Positions 16,460 through 25,974 of a DNA stretch of 64,000 nucleotides are shown here, piece by piece. Source of the stretch: Candidatus Undinarchaeota archaeon (GTDB lineage Archaea; SpSt-1190; DYHY01; CAZGQF01); the NCBI GenBank assembly GCA_964527545.1, contig CAZGQF010000002.1, forward strand, positions 23,452 to 87,451, read 5' to 3'. Each line of letters starts with the position of its first letter. Positions within the stretch are counted from its first letter, which is position 1. The notes beneath the pieces were generated by a model, which saw only the letters and a list, made by a program, of their open reading frames with translations, had not been told where the DNA came from and did no database searches. Made by a program: the position numbers and the translations under genes.

Positions 16460-17443
16460 ATGCTAACATGTGAAGAGAGCAGAATAGAGAAAGAGAACGA
16501 CAGAGCTTGTGAGAACGGCCTTGCCTGGCTTGCCTTGGGCGGCCAGGGATCCGTCACTGCCAACAAGCTCTTGATGGAGGCGAAGAGCTGGGAGGGAGAG
16601 AGGTGCAAGGCGACCTACGCTCCGACTCCCGACAGGCGGGGGAAGCCCGTCTTCGTCGTCACCTTTTTCGGCTCGGAATCAGCAGTGAAGGGCTCCGACT
16701 TCAACAAGAAGGGCAACTACGTAGCCCTCCTTTCAGGAGGTTTCGACGACGCTTTCGAGAGGGTCGTCAAGGGCGGCACCATAATCGCCGACAAGAGCGT
16801 GACGGGGGGCTACGAGAAAATCTCTGAAGAGTTCCCGGAGATAGTGGACTACAACATCGCCCTCATTGACTGCACCTCCATCTGCAAGGAGAAAACGAAG
16901 GAGAAATTCGGCTTCGAGCCGACAGGGTTCGAGGTCAAGTCGAGCATGGCCGCCCTCGGCGCCATCTCAAGGATTGGTCTCGCATCACCGGAGAGCGTGA
17001 AGGGGGCGATAAGAGAGAGGTGGAACGGCAAGCTCGCTGATCTCAACCTCGAGATCTTCTCCGAGGCGTACGGGGCCGTGGAAATCTACGAGACGCCAAG
17101 GGCGGAGGAGCCAATCCATGGGAAGATCGGCAAGTCGGTCTCCCTCTCAAGCTTCACGGACGCGGCCATAGGCTTCGCCGAGAAGGGGAAGAGAGGAAGT
17201 CTTGAGATACCGATGCTGGACGGCGAGTGCGTCCAGTGCGGCTACTGCGAGGAGGTCTGCCACACCGGCGCCCTGAAGTACCGTCCGCACGGCAACGGCG
17301 ACAGCTACCTCTTTCTCTCGCTTGAGGTGGAGGGCTGCTCCGGCTGCGGCACCTGCGAGGAGGAGTGCGGATCAGGGGCCATAAAGCTTGCGCCGCGAGA
17401 GGAGGCGTTCGAGGGGGAGGGGATAGAGTATGTCCGGGAGTGA
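16460..17443 (+). CDS. 2-oxoacid:ferredoxin oxidoreductase, fused gamma-delta subunit (delta = 2x[4Fe-4S] ferredoxin)
   Basis: GGQG gamma-subunit motif near the N-terminus; C-terminal CVQCGYCEEVC and CSGCGTCEEEC ferredoxin clusters. Confidence 0.7.
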   Translation: MLTCEESRIEKENDRACENGLAWLALGGQGSVTANKLLMEAKSWEGERCKATYAPTPDRRGKPVFVVTFFGSESAVKGSDFNKKGNYVALLSGGFDDAFERVVKGGTIIADKSVTGGYEKISEEFPEIVDYNIALIDCTSICKEKTKEKFGFEPTGFEVKSSMAALGAISRIGLASPESVKGAIRERWNGKLADLNLEIFSEAYGAVEIYETPRAEEPIHGKIGKSVSLSSFTDAAIGFAEKGKRGSLEIPMLDGECVQCGYCEEVCHTGALKYRPHGNGDSYLFLSLEVEGCSGCGTCEEECGSGAIKLAPREEAFEGEGIEYVRE

Positions 17444-18623
17444 AGCGATGATGCAGGAGAGGCGACTCAACCTCTCAGGCAACGAGGCGGTCTCCTACGG
17501 CGTCCTGCTCTGCGCTCATCCGAAGAGAAAGAAGCGGCTGAAGGTCCCTGCCTATCCCATCACCCCGCAGACCAGGGTGATAGAGAAGCTCTCGGAGATG
17601 GCCGACGAGCATCCTGACAGGCTTGAGTACGTGGCCCTTGAGAGCGAGCACTCTGTCGGCGCCTTCCTTGCAGGAGCGGTCCAGACAGGGTCAGAGGCGA
17701 TGAGCGCCTCGTCAGGCCAGGGGATACTCTACATGGCAGAGGCCATAACATGGGCGGTCCACGCACGGCTCCCCATCAAGCTGGCAGTTCCCAGCAGGGG
17801 GCCGTTCTCAGGCTGGAACATACGCGCCGACGACACAGTGGTCCACTGCTACCTGCGGGACTCCGGCGCCCTAATCAGCCACGCCTCCACCTCCCAGGAG
17901 ATACTTGACGGCGTGGTCTTCGGCGCCAAGGTCGCGAACGAGGCGCTTTTGCCCCACATAGGGCCGAACTACGGCGGCTTCGAGGACTCGCACGCGGTCT
18001 CGCCAGTCACTCTCCATGACGAGGAGGAAGTGGCCGACTTTCTCGGTGACTATCGGCATCCCATCTACCAAGGCGACTTCACCGCGGGCGGGATGCAGAC
18101 ACCGGACACGTTCTACAAGGTCCACCGCGTCAAGGCTGAGAATGCCTTGGAGGGAGCCAAGGGCGCGATCCGGGAGCTGTCGAGAGAGTGGAACGAGAGG
18201 TTCGAGACGAAAAACTGGGGGATGATGAAGTACCACGGCCACGAAAAGCCGGAGACTGTCATGGTCTCCGCCGCCAACTCAATCGCCCAGTCGGCTGAGA
18301 ACGCTGTCGACGCCCTCAACTCGAGCGGAGAGAGGGTCGGCGTCGCCTCCCTCTACTGGGTGAGGCCGTTTCCAGACGAGGAGCTGGCAGAGCTGGCTGA
18401 GACGGCGGAGAGGCTGGTTGTCCTCGACAGGGCGACACTCTCGCCCTTGAGGCGCGACGTGGGGAGCTCCCTTTTCGAGCAAGGAGTCTCTCCGCGGGAC
18501 GTGGAGCTCTACGGGACGGTCCTCGGCCTCGGCGGCTCAAACGTCTCCCAGGAGGACCTCCAGCACATCTTCCACCTCGCCGAGCGCGGTGAGCTTGAGT
18601 TTCACTACGGGGTGGTCGCATGA
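17430..18623 (+). CDS. porA: 2-oxoacid (pyruvate):ferredoxin oxidoreductase alpha subunit
   Basis: Position between the gamma-delta and TPP-binding beta genes; N-terminal GNEAVSYG...; overlaps upstream gene by 14 nt. Confidence 0.75.
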   Translation: MSGSEAMMQERRLNLSGNEAVSYGVLLCAHPKRKKRLKVPAYPITPQTRVIEKLSEMADEHPDRLEYVALESEHSVGAFLAGAVQTGSEAMSASSGQGILYMAEAITWAVHARLPIKLAVPSRGPFSGWNIRADDTVVHCYLRDSGALISHASTSQEILDGVVFGAKVANEALLPHIGPNYGGFEDSHAVSPVTLHDEEEVADFLGDYRHPIYQGDFTAGGMQTPDTFYKVHRVKAENALEGAKGAIRELSREWNERFETKNWGMMKYHGHEKPETVMVSAANSIAQSAENAVDALNSSGERVGVASLYWVRPFPDEELAELAETAERLVVLDRATLSPLRRDVGSSLFEQGVSPRDVELYGTVLGLGGSNVSQEDLQHIFHLAERGELEFHYGVVA

Positions 18624-19570
18624 GCGGGGATGGCGCGCCAGCCACCAAGTGGCTTACCGGCTCGCCTTCGTGCCAGGGCTGCAGCAGCGAGCTCCTCTTG
18701 AGGAAGCTGATAGGCCACCTCTCCAGCGACGGGAAGAAGGTGGCAGTCGTTTCACCTGCCTGCTGTGCCAACGTCTATCCGATGGCGGACGACGTGACGC
18801 GCTTGGAGAACGGCATCTGGATGAACGTCCCCTTTGCCAGCGGGGCAGCCGTCGCCTCCGCTGTCTCGCGCAGCCTCCCTGACTACAGGACGCTTGTCTT
18901 CGCCGGCGACGGGGGGACCTTCGACATCGGCCTCCAAGCCCTGTCGGGCGCGGCGGAGAGGGACGAAGACATTCTCTACGTCTGCTATGACAACGAGGCC
19001 TACATGAACACGGGGACGCAGTCTTCCAGCGCCACTCCGCGCTACGCGAGGACGACCACGTCGCCGTCGGGAAAAGAGGGGAGGAAGAAGGACATCATGG
19101 CAGTCATGACGGCCCACCGCATCTCCTACGCGGCCACTGTCTCGCCCTCCTACGGCGACGACCTCGAGAGAAAGACCAAGAAGGCGATGAAGAGAGAGGG
19201 GACAAAGTTCTTCCACGCCCTCATCCCCTGCCCGCCCGGTTGGGGCTTCGAGCCGCGACAGAACGTGAGAGTGGGGAGGGAGGTGGTCAAGAGCGGCCTC
19301 TGGGGTCTCTACGAAGTGGAGAGAGAGGAAGAAAACGGAATGACAAGGATGGTGATGAAGGTCAGCCAGCCCTCCAAGAGCGTCGCCTTCTTCGGAAAGA
19401 GGAAGGGCGTGAAAGAGTATCTGAGCCTCCAGGGAAGGTTCAAGGGGATGAGCGAGGAAGAGGTGAGGCGCGTCGACGAGGAGGCGGAGCTCAACCTCAA
19501 CAGGCTGATGGCCCTGGACGGCAAGGACCTGCTCAATCCTGTCGGGAGCTACAGCTCCCCGCTCACTTGA
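18620..19570 (+). CDS. porB: 2-oxoacid (pyruvate):ferredoxin oxidoreductase beta subunit (TPP-binding)
   Basis: Cys-rich N-terminus (CQGCSS, CCAN) and TPP-binding GDGG...YDNEAYMNTG motif; ATGA overlap with porA. Confidence 0.75.
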   Translation: MSGDGAPATKWLTGSPSCQGCSSELLLRKLIGHLSSDGKKVAVVSPACCANVYPMADDVTRLENGIWMNVPFASGAAVASAVSRSLPDYRTLVFAGDGGTFDIGLQALSGAAERDEDILYVCYDNEAYMNTGTQSSSATPRYARTTTSPSGKEGRKKDIMAVMTAHRISYAATVSPSYGDDLERKTKKAMKREGTKFFHALIPCPPGWGFEPRQNVRVGREVVKSGLWGLYEVEREEENGMTRMVMKVSQPSKSVAFFGKRKGVKEYLSLQGRFKGMSEEEVRRVDEEAELNLNRLMALDGKDLLNPVGSYSSPLT

Positions 19571-20195
19571 GGACCTTGCCGGTCTCCAGGCACCAGAGGT
19601 AGAGGTCGAGCCTGGCCAGGTCTGTCTCCCATTCCTCCGCAATGCCCTTTAGGCAGTTTTCCACCTCGAGGTATTTCTTTCTGGTCAGCGTCTTCGGTTT
19701 CTCGATCAGGCTGTGTTTCTCGAGGAGGTCGATTATGTGGAAGTCGATTATGGCGCATCCCTTGCAGCCGACGTTTCGCAGGAGGTGGCTTGCTTCCTTG
19801 AGGCCGAGGCCCTTCACGTTCTCGGCCAGCCACTCTCTCTTCTCGCCAGCTTCCTCATCGGAGCAGAGCCTCTTTTTCAGCTCGCCCAGGTGCTCTCTCG
19901 CCTCCACTATGTACCCTGCCCTCTTGTTTGGGTAGCGGTGGCCGAGCTTTTTCAGCTTTTGAGCCAGCTCTTTCTCCGACAGCTCAAGGAAGCCGTCGCC
20001 AATCTTCTCCTGTATCTTTATTGCCCTCTCGGCGTTGAAGTTGGCGGTCATGATGCAGAAGCAGAGCTCCTTGAACAGCTCTGCCTCTTCTTCACGGCCC
20101 AGTTTCTCGAACTCCCTGATCCGCCGCTCTACGATCCCCTTCTTCTCTCTGCAAAGCCCCTTAACCTCTCGCTCTAGCTCTTTCATCCTTCCCAC
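19563..20195 (-). CDS. N-glycosylase/DNA lyase (archaeal Ogg-type 8-oxoguanine glycosylase)
   Basis: Helix-hairpin-helix region [26 protein letters not shown] and overall length typical of the archaeal Ogg family. Confidence 0.55.
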   Translation of the reverse strand: MGRMKELEREVKGLCREKKGIVERRIREFEKLGREEEAELFKELCFCIMTANFNAERAIKIQEKIGDGFLELSEKELAQKLKKLGHRYPNKRAGYIVEAREHLGELKKRLCSDEEAGEKREWLAENVKGLGLKEASHLLRNVGCKGCAIIDFHIIDLLEKHSLIEKPKTLTRKKYLEVENCLKGIAEEWETDLARLDLYLWCLETGKVLK

Positions 20196-20557
20196 AGGCC
20201 GTGGACGTTGCAGAACTCCCTTGCAAAGACTTTCTTGTTTTTCACGCAGAACTCAGCCTCGGGCTTGTCGCCGGGCGAGAGGAACTTTCTCTGGACTTTG
20301 TCGTCCGCCAGTATCTCTATCCACTCTATGAAGTGGTCTTCTTCCATCGGATGGGGGTCGCTGCCGACTTTGACTTTCACGCCACTCTCCGTCTCCTCCA
20401 TGACTGGGACGTGCTTCTCTTTTCCCTTGTCGACCTTCTTCTCCTTCAACAGCTCCATCTCTTCGCCGCAGCAGACGAGTTTCCCGCTCCCGGCGTGGAG
20501 GACGGAGACTATGTTTCCGCAGACGTTGCACTTGTAGACTTCGAGCTTGTTGGTCAT
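20183..20557 (-). CDS. Desulfoferrodoxin (superoxide reductase with N-terminal desulforedoxin domain)
   Basis: N-terminal [10 protein letters not shown]...LVCCG desulforedoxin Cys cluster; C-terminal His/Cys ligands (HVPV..., CNVH); start set at ATG 20557. Confidence 0.7.
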   Translation of the reverse strand: MTNKLEVYKCNVCGNIVSVLHAGSGKLVCCGEEMELLKEKKVDKGKEKHVPVMEETESGVKVKVGSDPHPMEEDHFIEWIEILADDKVQRKFLSPGDKPEAEFCVKNKKVFAREFCNVHGLWEG

Positions 20558-20666
20558 GCCCCACTCCCTCTGAGCCCGTTTAAGTGATTTCTGTTTCTCT
20601 GCTGCGTGGGTTCCGGGCGCGGCTGAGCCCCGCAGTTTTTTATTTCCTCTTCCCAACCCCCTTTCA

Positions 20667-21251
20667 ATGGAGTTCGAGACTGTGGAGGGGGCCTGGAGAT
20701 GGGCGAACCGGAAGGTGCTCTCCGAGGGGGGCTGGATAATGGACGGCGAGGAGAAGCTGAAGGAGGTCCTCGACCTCTCCCTTACCATAAAGCGACCATC
20801 GGGAGATGGCGAGGGCGAGGAGCTGGATGAGATGAGGAGGACATTCCTGGAAAAGAAGCCTGTGAGGGGATGGGGCTACAGCTACGGCCAGAGGATCTTC
20901 GATTTCAGGGGCGTAAACCAGTTCTCTGAAACCGCTCTCAAGCTCCGCACAAATCCGGACTCCAAGTCTGCGACAGTGGCCCTCCTCGACCCGCCCAACG
21001 ACTCGCGCCATGTCCCCTGCGCCTGCCTCCTCGATTTCAAGATGAGGGACGGGAAGCTCCACCTCTTCGTCTTCTTCAGGAGCCAGGAAGTGTTCAGAAA
21101 GGGGAGGGCAGACGCCGCAGTCCTATCAGAGCTCCTTGGCATGATGGCTGAAGAGGTGGGAGCGGAGGCCGGGAAGCTCTACCTCAAGATCGCATCAGCC
21201 CACATCTACGAGAGGGACATCGAGGAGGCGGCGAGGTCTGTCAGCGTCTAG
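20667..21251 (+). CDS. Thymidylate synthase-like protein (short archaeal form)
   Basis: Core aligns by eye with ThyA: [27 protein letters not shown] versus PCH..FYV.DGKL.CQLYQRS.DV, and C-terminal ...IASAHIY; His after the catalytic Cys is Ala. Confidence 0.5.
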   Translation: MEFETVEGAWRWANRKVLSEGGWIMDGEEKLKEVLDLSLTIKRPSGDGEGEELDEMRRTFLEKKPVRGWGYSYGQRIFDFRGVNQFSETALKLRTNPDSKSATVALLDPPNDSRHVPCACLLDFKMRDGKLHLFVFFRSQEVFRKGRADAAVLSELLGMMAEEVGAEAGKLYLKIASAHIYERDIEEAARSVSV

Positions 21252-21609
21252 TGTCGCCGCACTCCCTTCCCATCACTATGCTGTAGGGGATGTAGAGAGG
21301 CCGCGGGACCAGGCACTCCTCTCCCTTCTCGGCCTTCACGTTTGACCTTTCTGTCGGGGCGGCCTCGAAGGCGGTGCTGAGCACGAGCCCCATCAGCAGG
21401 ATCGCCACAATTAGGGGCAGGAGCAGCATCTGTCCTGTCGGGGCTGCCGGCTTCAGCTTTTCCCAGGCCTCTCCTCCTGCTTTCTTGCCCGGGCAGTCGT
21501 GTGCGTCGGCAGGTACGTGCTTTCTGCAGAACTCGCCCTCGCAGAAAAGGCACTTGTTGGCAACGCCGTCAAATTCCCCACTGCAGAAGTCGCAGACGTA
21601 CCCAACCAT
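21241..21609 (-). CDS. Zinc-finger (CxxC-rich) membrane-anchored protein
   Basis: N-terminal CDFCSG...CLFCEGEFCRKH...HDC cluster followed by one TM helix. Confidence 0.45.
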   Translation of the reverse strand: MVGYVCDFCSGEFDGVANKCLFCEGEFCRKHVPADAHDCPGKKAGGEAWEKLKPAAPTGQMLLLPLIVAILLMGLVLSTAFEAAPTERSNVKAEKGEECLVPRPLYIPYSIVMGRECGDTRR

Positions 21610-21796
21610 GCGAGAGCATGTCAGGCACCATTTAACTTCTTAACGCTTCACTCGAAAAAGTGGCCCTCGATGCCGTCGGTGGCCTTTAAGGGCTGCGGTG
21701 GGTTTTCCAGCGGGCTATGGCCGCCGGGGTCTTCATCGCCTTCGTCCATCTCTCTGTTGCCAGCAGGGATTCACGCCTTATAACTCTTGTGAAGCC

Positions 21797-22390
21797 TCAC
21801 CCGTTGAAGACGACGATGTCAGCGTTCTTTCGCGTTGGCGCTACCCATTCCAGGTGCATCGGCCAGGCGACCTTCTCGAAATAGTTTTTCTTGCTCGCGC
21901 TGACATGCCGCCTCTTCTTCTCCCTGTCCCTCCCCATCCTTCTCTTCAGCATCGTCTCTTTCTTGACCTTCATGTAGACTGAGATGTCCCACAGTTCTGC
22001 CAGCCCTCCGCCAAGGGCGAAGAGGCCCTCCACGACAAAACTCCCCCCAGGCTCCACCTCCTCCTCGCCAATCCTCCTTGAGAGGGACATGTCGTAGACT
22101 GGCTTTGTGATCGTCTCCCCCTTCATCAAGTTGAGCACGTTGTTTTTCAGTCTCTCGATCTCGACCGCTTCAGGCAGGTCGTAGTTCCCGCCCAGCTCTT
22201 TCTCGACGAAACCTTCTCCCCTGTAGTAGTCGTCCATGGCGATGACTCTTGCGCCCAGCCGCCTTTTCAGCAGGCTGGCCATGTAGCTCTTGCCGCTCCC
22301 GGTCCCGCCTCCTATGCCGATGAAGACATCGTTCTCTCCCGCCATCCTGACCACCTTCTCCACCGCGTCCTCAAGGCCCAGGACCCCCAT
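21797..22390 (-). CDS. Uridine kinase / P-loop nucleoside kinase
   Basis: Walker A IGIGGGTGSGKS and DDYY motif typical of the uridine kinase/PRK family. Confidence 0.65.
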   Translation of the reverse strand: MGVLGLEDAVEKVVRMAGENDVFIGIGGGTGSGKSYMASLLKRRLGARVIAMDDYYRGEGFVEKELGGNYDLPEAVEIERLKNNVLNLMKGETITKPVYDMSLSRRIGEEEVEPGGSFVVEGLFALGGGLAELWDISVYMKVKKETMLKRRMGRDREKKRRHVSASKKNYFEKVAWPMHLEWVAPTRKNADIVVFNG

Positions 22391-22440
22391 GGAGCGGCCT
22401 GGTTCTCAAGATTTAAAAGAGGATGCGAAGCGCTTCTCCC

Positions 22441-23385
22441 ATGTGGCACGTCGCCCTGTTTGCCAGCTTCGTGGGCACCTACCTCCTCACTCCCGTGGTG
22501 GCAAAGCGGCTGGAGGAGGCCCGCATAACGGGCAACGACATGAACAAGAAAAGCAGGCCTGAGCTTCCCTCTCTCGGCGGCCTCTCCATAAGCGCCGGCT
22601 TTGTCTTCGCCATGCTGATCAACGTGGCGGCCCACAAGAACATACAGCTCCTCGCCGCAATGACGACCATTCTCGTCGTCACTCTCGTCGGCCTGGTAGA
22701 TGACCTCCTCCACACAAGCCAGCGGACCAAGGCCCTGCTCCCCGTTTTGGCAGCTGCCCCTCTGGTCGCCGTCAACGCAGGCAAGGCCTCAATGACCCTT
22801 CCCTTCCTGGGAAGCGTCGAGCTGGGCGTCCTCTATCCCTTGATTGTCCTGCCCCTCGGCATCACGGGCGCCTCCAACGCAGTCAACATGCTGGCAGGCC
22901 TGAACGGCCTCGAGGCAGGCCTCGGCGCCGTGATGCACGCGACAGTCCTCTTCACCGCCCTCAGCATCATGGGCGTCCATCCAGAGGCCTACTGGGCCGC
23001 CCTCATCTCCGCCTCCATGCTGGGCGCCCTCCTCGCCTTCCTCAAATACAACTGGCACCCGGCGAAGGTCTTCATAGGAGACGTGGGGACTCTCCCCATA
23101 GGCTGCGCCCTGGCTGCGGCAGTGGTCCTCGGCGACATGGAGAAGCTGGGCATAATCCTCATCGTGCCATACCTGTTCGAGTTCCTTTTGAAGGCGAGGA
23201 CGGGCTTCAAGGGCGAGAGCTTCGGCTTCCAGAGAAAGAACGGGACTCTCGGCACCAAGGAGGTCAACTCCCTCACCCACGTGGTGATGAAGGCTGGCAA
23301 ATTCACGGAGCCGCAGGTGGTTGCGGTGCTCCTCGGCATAGAGGCGGTCTTCGGCCTCCTCGCACTTTTGACCTTTGGAGCTTGA
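22441..23385 (+). CDS. UDP-GlcNAc:dolichyl-phosphate GlcNAc-1-phosphate transferase (AglH/MraY-WecA family, GT4)
   Basis: Polytopic; motifs GNDMNK, VGLVDDL, NAVNMLAGLNGLEAG; ATG at 22441 about 20 nt after TATA-like TTTAAAAG (leaderless). Confidence 0.75.
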   Translation: MWHVALFASFVGTYLLTPVVAKRLEEARITGNDMNKKSRPELPSLGGLSISAGFVFAMLINVAAHKNIQLLAAMTTILVVTLVGLVDDLLHTSQRTKALLPVLAAAPLVAVNAGKASMTLPFLGSVELGVLYPLIVLPLGITGASNAVNMLAGLNGLEAGLGAVMHATVLFTALSIMGVHPEAYWAALISASMLGALLAFLKYNWHPAKVFIGDVGTLPIGCALAAAVVLGDMEKLGIILIVPYLFEFLLKARTGFKGESFGFQRKNGTLGTKEVNSLTHVVMKAGKFTEPQVVAVLLGIEAVFGLLALLTFGA

Positions 23386-23432
23386 GGTAGTCACTCCGAA
23401 ATTATAATAAATCGGCGTCCTGGCACCTCCCC

Positions 23433-24320
23433 ATGGAGTTTGCCATCAAGCGTTCCAGCGACGGTTCATATCTCAGGCCCGATGGGGGAGAGGAACCTTC
23501 CCTGCTCTCTCTCGACGTCGCCGAAAAGCTTTCGGAGAAAGCGGGGGTGGGGCCTGTCAGGACGGGGAGCTTTCGGGAAGACTGGGACGGGGTGAGGGGA
23601 GGCTCAAGGCACACCAGAGCCGCCAAGCTCCTGATCGCTCTTGACTACAGATTCCAGGCAGAGAGGCTCCCTGATGACGCCCCCCAGTACGTGAGAAAGG
23701 GGGTGGAGCTCCTTGACACCATCTGCCATTTCATGGTGGACGAGTCGGCGAAAAAGCTGAAGAGGGAGGGCGGCCGCATCTGGTTCACGCCAAAGGATGT
23801 GGAGGGCTATCTTGGGGAGGCGGGTGTCTACTCGACTCTTGCGGGGCTGGCGGAGGCAGGGATGCTGGAGAAGCGGGAGGGATACGGCGCCGATTGGGAA
23901 GGCGAGGGTACGGTCTCCGTGGAGACGGGCAGGGCGCGGACTCTCTACTCGATAGGCGAGCAGGAAGTCCATCAGCTGAGGCAGGTCTTCATACCGCTCA
24001 CTCTCAGCGAGATGGTGCGGGAGAAGCTCTACCTCGCCGGCCAGATCTCTGAAGAGGCGCTGGCCTGCCAGGGCTATCAGGAGGTCCTGAGAGACGGGAG
24101 TGTGGAGAAGGTGAGGGAGCCCCTGCGCGTGGAGGGCAGGATGGTGACGCAGGGGACTGTGGCGTCTTTCCTGCCCATACTGACCGGCCTGCAGCCGCTC
24201 GAGGCGAGGCTTGACATGGATGACGAGGATGGCATAGATTACGTCAAGTCCCTTGCCGGGGAGCTCGCGGATAGGTCTCCGCTTTTCAGGTCTTTTCTCC
24301 AGAGGTACTCTTCTCGCTAG
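23433..24320 (+). CDS. Hypothetical protein
   Basis: 295-aa ORF with typical local codon usage; no recognised motif. Confidence 0.45.
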   Translation: MEFAIKRSSDGSYLRPDGGEEPSLLSLDVAEKLSEKAGVGPVRTGSFREDWDGVRGGSRHTRAAKLLIALDYRFQAERLPDDAPQYVRKGVELLDTICHFMVDESAKKLKREGGRIWFTPKDVEGYLGEAGVYSTLAGLAEAGMLEKREGYGADWEGEGTVSVETGRARTLYSIGEQEVHQLRQVFIPLTLSEMVREKLYLAGQISEEALACQGYQEVLRDGSVEKVREPLRVEGRMVTQGTVASFLPILTGLQPLEARLDMDDEDGIDYVKSLAGELADRSPLFRSFLQRYSSR

Positions 24321-25974
24321 TTTTGCCCTTCTGGGTGTCGTAGAGCCTCTCCACTCTCTCAATGTCGTCGGCCTCCTCGACTCCCTTGTCTTCTCTCACC
24401 CTCACCATCCTCGGGAACCTCAGCGCGTAACCGCTCTCGTAGTTGGGCGACTTCTGTATCTCTTCGTAAGCGACTTCGACAACGACCTCCGGCTTTACGT
24501 CGACCACTTTTCCAGTGTCGCTGGTGATGAGCGGCTTGAGCTTCTCCGTCATCTCCTTGAACTGGGAGTCGGTGAGGCCGGTCGCCATCTTGCCGATGGG
24601 CTTGAGGCCGTCCGGTGTCTGGACGCCGAGTATGAAGCTGCCCAGCCAGCTTGTTCGCCTCCCTTCCCCCCACTCCGCACCTATGACTGCCAAGTCGAGA
24701 GTCTCCATGGTCGGCTTCAGCTTCAGCATGTGGCCGACGCGGGAGCCGGGCTTGTAGGGCGAGTCCAGGTTCTTGACCATCACTCCCTCCAGTCCCTTGG
24801 CGACTGCGTCGAGGTAGAACTTCTTTCCCTCCTCCGGGTCGGAGGTTACCAGCTGCTCCGCAACCTTCATCCTCTCCGCCGGCTCAACCACGTCCTCCAA
24901 AATCTTCCTCCTCTCCCTGAAAGGCTTCTTCAGCAGGTTCTCTCCGTTTCTGTAGATTATGTCGAAGAGGAATGTCGTGACGGGGATCTTCTCTGCCATC
25001 TCTTCTATCTTGTACTTCCTTCTTATCCTGCGGGAGACTTTCTGGAAAGGCAGAAAGCTGCCGTCCTTCAGGCCGACCGCCTCCCCTTCCAGGATGACTT
25101 TCTTCTCCTTCACGGCCTTCTGCGCCGCCTCCACGATGTCTGGGAACTGGTCTGTCACGTCCTCCAGCCTCCTGGTGAAGACCGTTATTGTTTTACTCAC
25201 GTGGATCTGCACCCGGAAGCCGTCGAACTTCTCTTCTATGGCCGCCTTTCCGCCCACCTTTTCGAGCGCCTCCTCCATGCTCTCCGACTTGTAGGCGAGC
25301 ATCACCTTTATTGGCCTTCCCAGCTCCATCCCCAGCTCTCCGAGGCCCTTTTCTCCTTTCTCCTTAACCACCTTGGCCACGAGGGCATAGTCGTTGACGA
25401 GGGCGTAGGCCTTCTCGACCGCCTTCTCTTTTACTTCGAACGCGGAGGCGATTGCCTTCCTGGTGACGCCCTCGCCCACGCCTATCCTCAGCTCCTCCGT
25501 AACAGTCCTGGAGATGTACTTCGCTTCCAGGGGGGAGGCGGAGGAGAGCAGTTCTGACACTAGCGCTGTCTTCTTGTCCACGCTTCCCTCGCCGCCGACG
25601 TCTGCCAGCTTCCGCAGGTTCTGGAACACGTCGCTGACCGTCAGCTTTTTTGATGTGAGGGTCGCTTGGTTTTTCTTTGCGAGGAGGCTCTCTGCCGCCG
25701 CACCGACGTCACCCTCGTTCTTTATCTCTTCCAGCACCGCTCTCTTGTTCCTGCCCGTCACTCTCGAGAGGGAGGCGATTATCAGCTGCTTCCCGAAGTC
25801 GAGCTTCTTCTGCGACCAGTTGGGGAAGACCCTGCCGTTGATCAGCAGCGCCACCATCTCAATCTCGTCCTGGGACGCTTTTCTGAAGAGGCCGGAGAGT
25901 ATCTCCGTCTTCTGGAGGGTGCTCGACTCCTCTTCCAGCTCGTTGTAGGTCTCTGCAAGTTCTTGGTATCTCAT
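24286..25974 (-). CDS. lig: ATP-dependent DNA ligase
   Basis: Adenylation motif KFDGFRVQIH (KxDG), N-terminal DNA-binding domain, length 562 aa. Confidence 0.85.
   Translation of the reverse strand: MRYQELAETYNELEEESSTLQKTEILSGLFRKASQDEIEMVALLINGRVFPNWSQKKLDFGKQLIIASLSRVTGRNKRAVLEEIKNEGDVGAAAESLLAKKNQATLTSKKLTVSDVFQNLRKLADVGGEGSVDKKTALVSELLSSASPLEAKYISRTVTEELRIGVGEGVTRKAIASAFEVKEKAVEKAYALVNDYALVAKVVKEKGEKGLGELGMELGRPIKVMLAYKSESMEEALEKVGGKAAIEEKFDGFRVQIHVSKTITVFTRRLEDVTDQFPDIVEAAQKAVKEKKVILEGEAVGLKDGSFLPFQKVSRRIRRKYKIEEMAEKIPVTTFLFDIIYRNGENLLKKPFRERRKILEDVVEPAERMKVAEQLVTSDPEEGKKFYLDAVAKGLEGVMVKNLDSPYKPGSRVGHMLKLKPTMETLDLAVIGAEWGEGRRTSWLGSFILGVQTPDGLKPIGKMATGLTDSQFKEMTEKLKPLITSDTGKVVDVKPEVVVEVAYEEIQKSPNYESGYALRFPRMVRVREDKGVEEADDIERVERLYDTQKGKTSEKSTSGEKT

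Noticed and set aside
18316-18771. 151-aa Arg/Pro-rich ORF on the minus strand
   Set aside because: Antisense to porA/porB; composition is a GC-rich-frame artefact.
24253-25557. 434-aa ORF on the plus strand
   Set aside because: Lies entirely antisense to the ATP-dependent DNA ligase gene; Leu/Arg/His-rich low-complexity translation.
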